This document shows positions 62,447 through 64,000 of a stretch of DNA of 64,000 nucleotides, in pieces. Under the pieces are notes generated by a model. That model was not told the DNA's origin. It ran no database searches and saw only the letters and a program-made list of their open reading frames with translations. The DNA is taken from positions 139,874,001 to 139,938,000 of the forward strand of contig CM059431.1 in assembly GCA_030390025.1 (NCBI GenBank), written 5' to 3'. This stretch comes from Squalus acanthias. Lineage: Eukaryota. Each line of letters begins with the position of its first letter. Position 1 is the first letter of the stretch. Position numbers and translations under genes: made by a program.

Positions 62447-62769
62447 GTGAGTAAATCTCACCAATGGCCGCTCCCAGTGCGGAGTCTCGGACGACGGGAG
62501 CCCGTCTGGAACTCGGTTGTGTAGATCAGCGGGACTCACTGGATTTCACTGGGCAGCTGTCTGTGTCACAACTGATGTGGAGAGTTGATCGTAACACTCG
62601 GGAAATGCTCGATCCCAGAGCTAACAGCTGTTGTACTGATGGGGGAGGAGGGACTTGATATCATGTTTAACCAAGCAACGTTCTCCTTCTCATTTTAATA
62701 TTTCCATCTAACCCACCTATTATTATATTTCTTACAGAGCATCAGAATCTGGGAACTCCTGTCACCACC

Positions 62770-62833
62770 ATGGCTGAAGGTCCAAACAGGGGAGAAGATC
62801 CAACATCTTCAACAAGAATGAGAATGGACACAG
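62770..62833 (+). CDS. Gene C first coding segment (exon 62738-62833) of an NLR-like paralogue; the gene should continue beyond the right edge
   Basis: Acceptor tttcttacag, Kozak-like caccaccATGG and donor G/gtaggt (phase 1). Reads MAEGPNRGEDPTSSTRMRMDT. Confidence 0.78.
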
Positions 62834-62924
62834 GTAGGTTCACAAAATTCTTTAAATATAATTTCTGTCCTGACAAATGGTCCAGATCTCGTGCAAGAAC
62901 CTGAGCTCACACAGGAAGAGGAAA

Positions 62925-63232
62925 CTTATTATAAGAAATAGGAATACGTCATTCGGCCCTTCGAGCCTGCTCTGTAATTAGTACCCAATAATCTATCGAT
63001 CTTTGTCTTGAATATACTCAACGACTGAGCATTCACAGCCTCTGTGGTAGAGAATTCCAAAGATTCACAACCCTTTCAGTGAAGATATTTTCCTAGCTTT
63101 AGTCCTAAATGTCTGACCCCCTTATTCTGAGACTCTGATCCCTAGTACTAGACTCGCCAGGCAGTGGAAACATCCTCACAGCATCCACCCTGTCAAGCCC
63201 CTTAAGAATTATGTTTCAATGAAATCACCTCA
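62925..63232 (-). mobile_element. CR1 3' fragment in the gene C intron, absent from gene A
   Basis: Reverse-strand CR1 C-terminus and 3' UTR. Homology to the gene A intron resumes at about 63260. Confidence 0.75.
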
Positions 63233-63454
63233 TGGAACTGGGCAGGTGCTGTGTACAAAGCAGGAAGTGAGTGACCATCTAGAGGGGCACTGCAGTCACA
63301 GGTTGAGGGAACACCTGAGTACTGGAACTGTCCAATAGATGCCTAGTATTGGTATACAGTCAGGAGGGAGTGGTACGGGGAATTTTGAACATTGACTCCA
63401 GACCCCACGAAGTCTCATGGCACAAGTCAAGCATGGGCAAGGAAACCTCCTCCC

Positions 63455-64000
63455 TCAGCTGATGAATCAGTACTTCTCCATGTTGAACACCACTTGGAAG
63501 AAGCACTGAGATTATCAAGGGCACAGAATGTACTCTGGGTGGGGGACTTCAATGTACATCACCAAGAGTGGCTCGGTAGCTCCACTGCTGGCCGAGTCCT
63601 GAAGGACTTAGCTGCCAGGCTGGGACTGCAGCACGTGCTGAGAGAACCAACACGAGGGAAAAACCTACTGGACTTCGGTCTCACCAATCTACCTGTCTCA
63701 GATGCATCTCTCATTGACAGCATTGGTTGCAGTGACCACCGCACAGGCACAGTCATTGTGGAGACGAAGTCCCATCTTCACACTGAGGACACCCTCCATC
63801 ATGTTGTGTGGCGCTACCATTGTGCTAAATGGGATAGATTGAGAACGGATCTAGCAGCTCAAAACTGGGCATCCATGAGGCTCTGTGGGCCATCAGCAGC
63901 AGCAGAATTGTATTCCACCACAATCTGTAACCTCCTAGCCCGGCATATCCGTCACTCTACCATTACCACCAAGCCAGGGGACCAAACCTGGTTCAATGAA
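63455..64000 (+). mobile_element. Non-LTR retrotransposon APE-endonuclease fragment, a different family from the dominant CR1
   Basis: Frame open to the window edge: WVGDFNVHHQEWLG...EPTRGKNLLD...SDHRT...KWDRLRTDL...WFNE. Confidence 0.8.

Overview
This is repeat-dense eukaryotic genomic DNA, most likely from a cartilaginous fish. The evidence is an HE1-type tRNA/V-SINE, abundant HER1-like CR1 and L2 LINEs, and exons resembling the expanded shark NLR (NACHT-LRR) family. Most of the window is LINE debris, often nested, plus five tandem-repeat families with 39, 27/21, 40, 61 and ~20 bp units and one 500-N scaffold gap. Nearly all long ORFs in the track are satellite or LINE artefacts. Three things sit between the repeats. 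(A) A minus-strand spliced NLR-like gene fragment: one 45-nt UTR exon and four phase-compatible coding exons encoding an N-terminal death-fold-like domain with an in-frame TAG. Its NACHT exon is not in the window. (B) An unidentified, decayed minus-strand spliced unit inside a module that has been tandemly copied about three times. (C) The first two exons of a paralogue of A on the plus strand near the right end. I see no clear novel molecular machine. The strongest leads are the broken but possibly splice-rescuable NLR, the orphan gene module, and a 61-bp minisatellite caught at different copy numbers in paralogous exon-like DNA. Family assignments come from my recognition of motifs, not from database searches.
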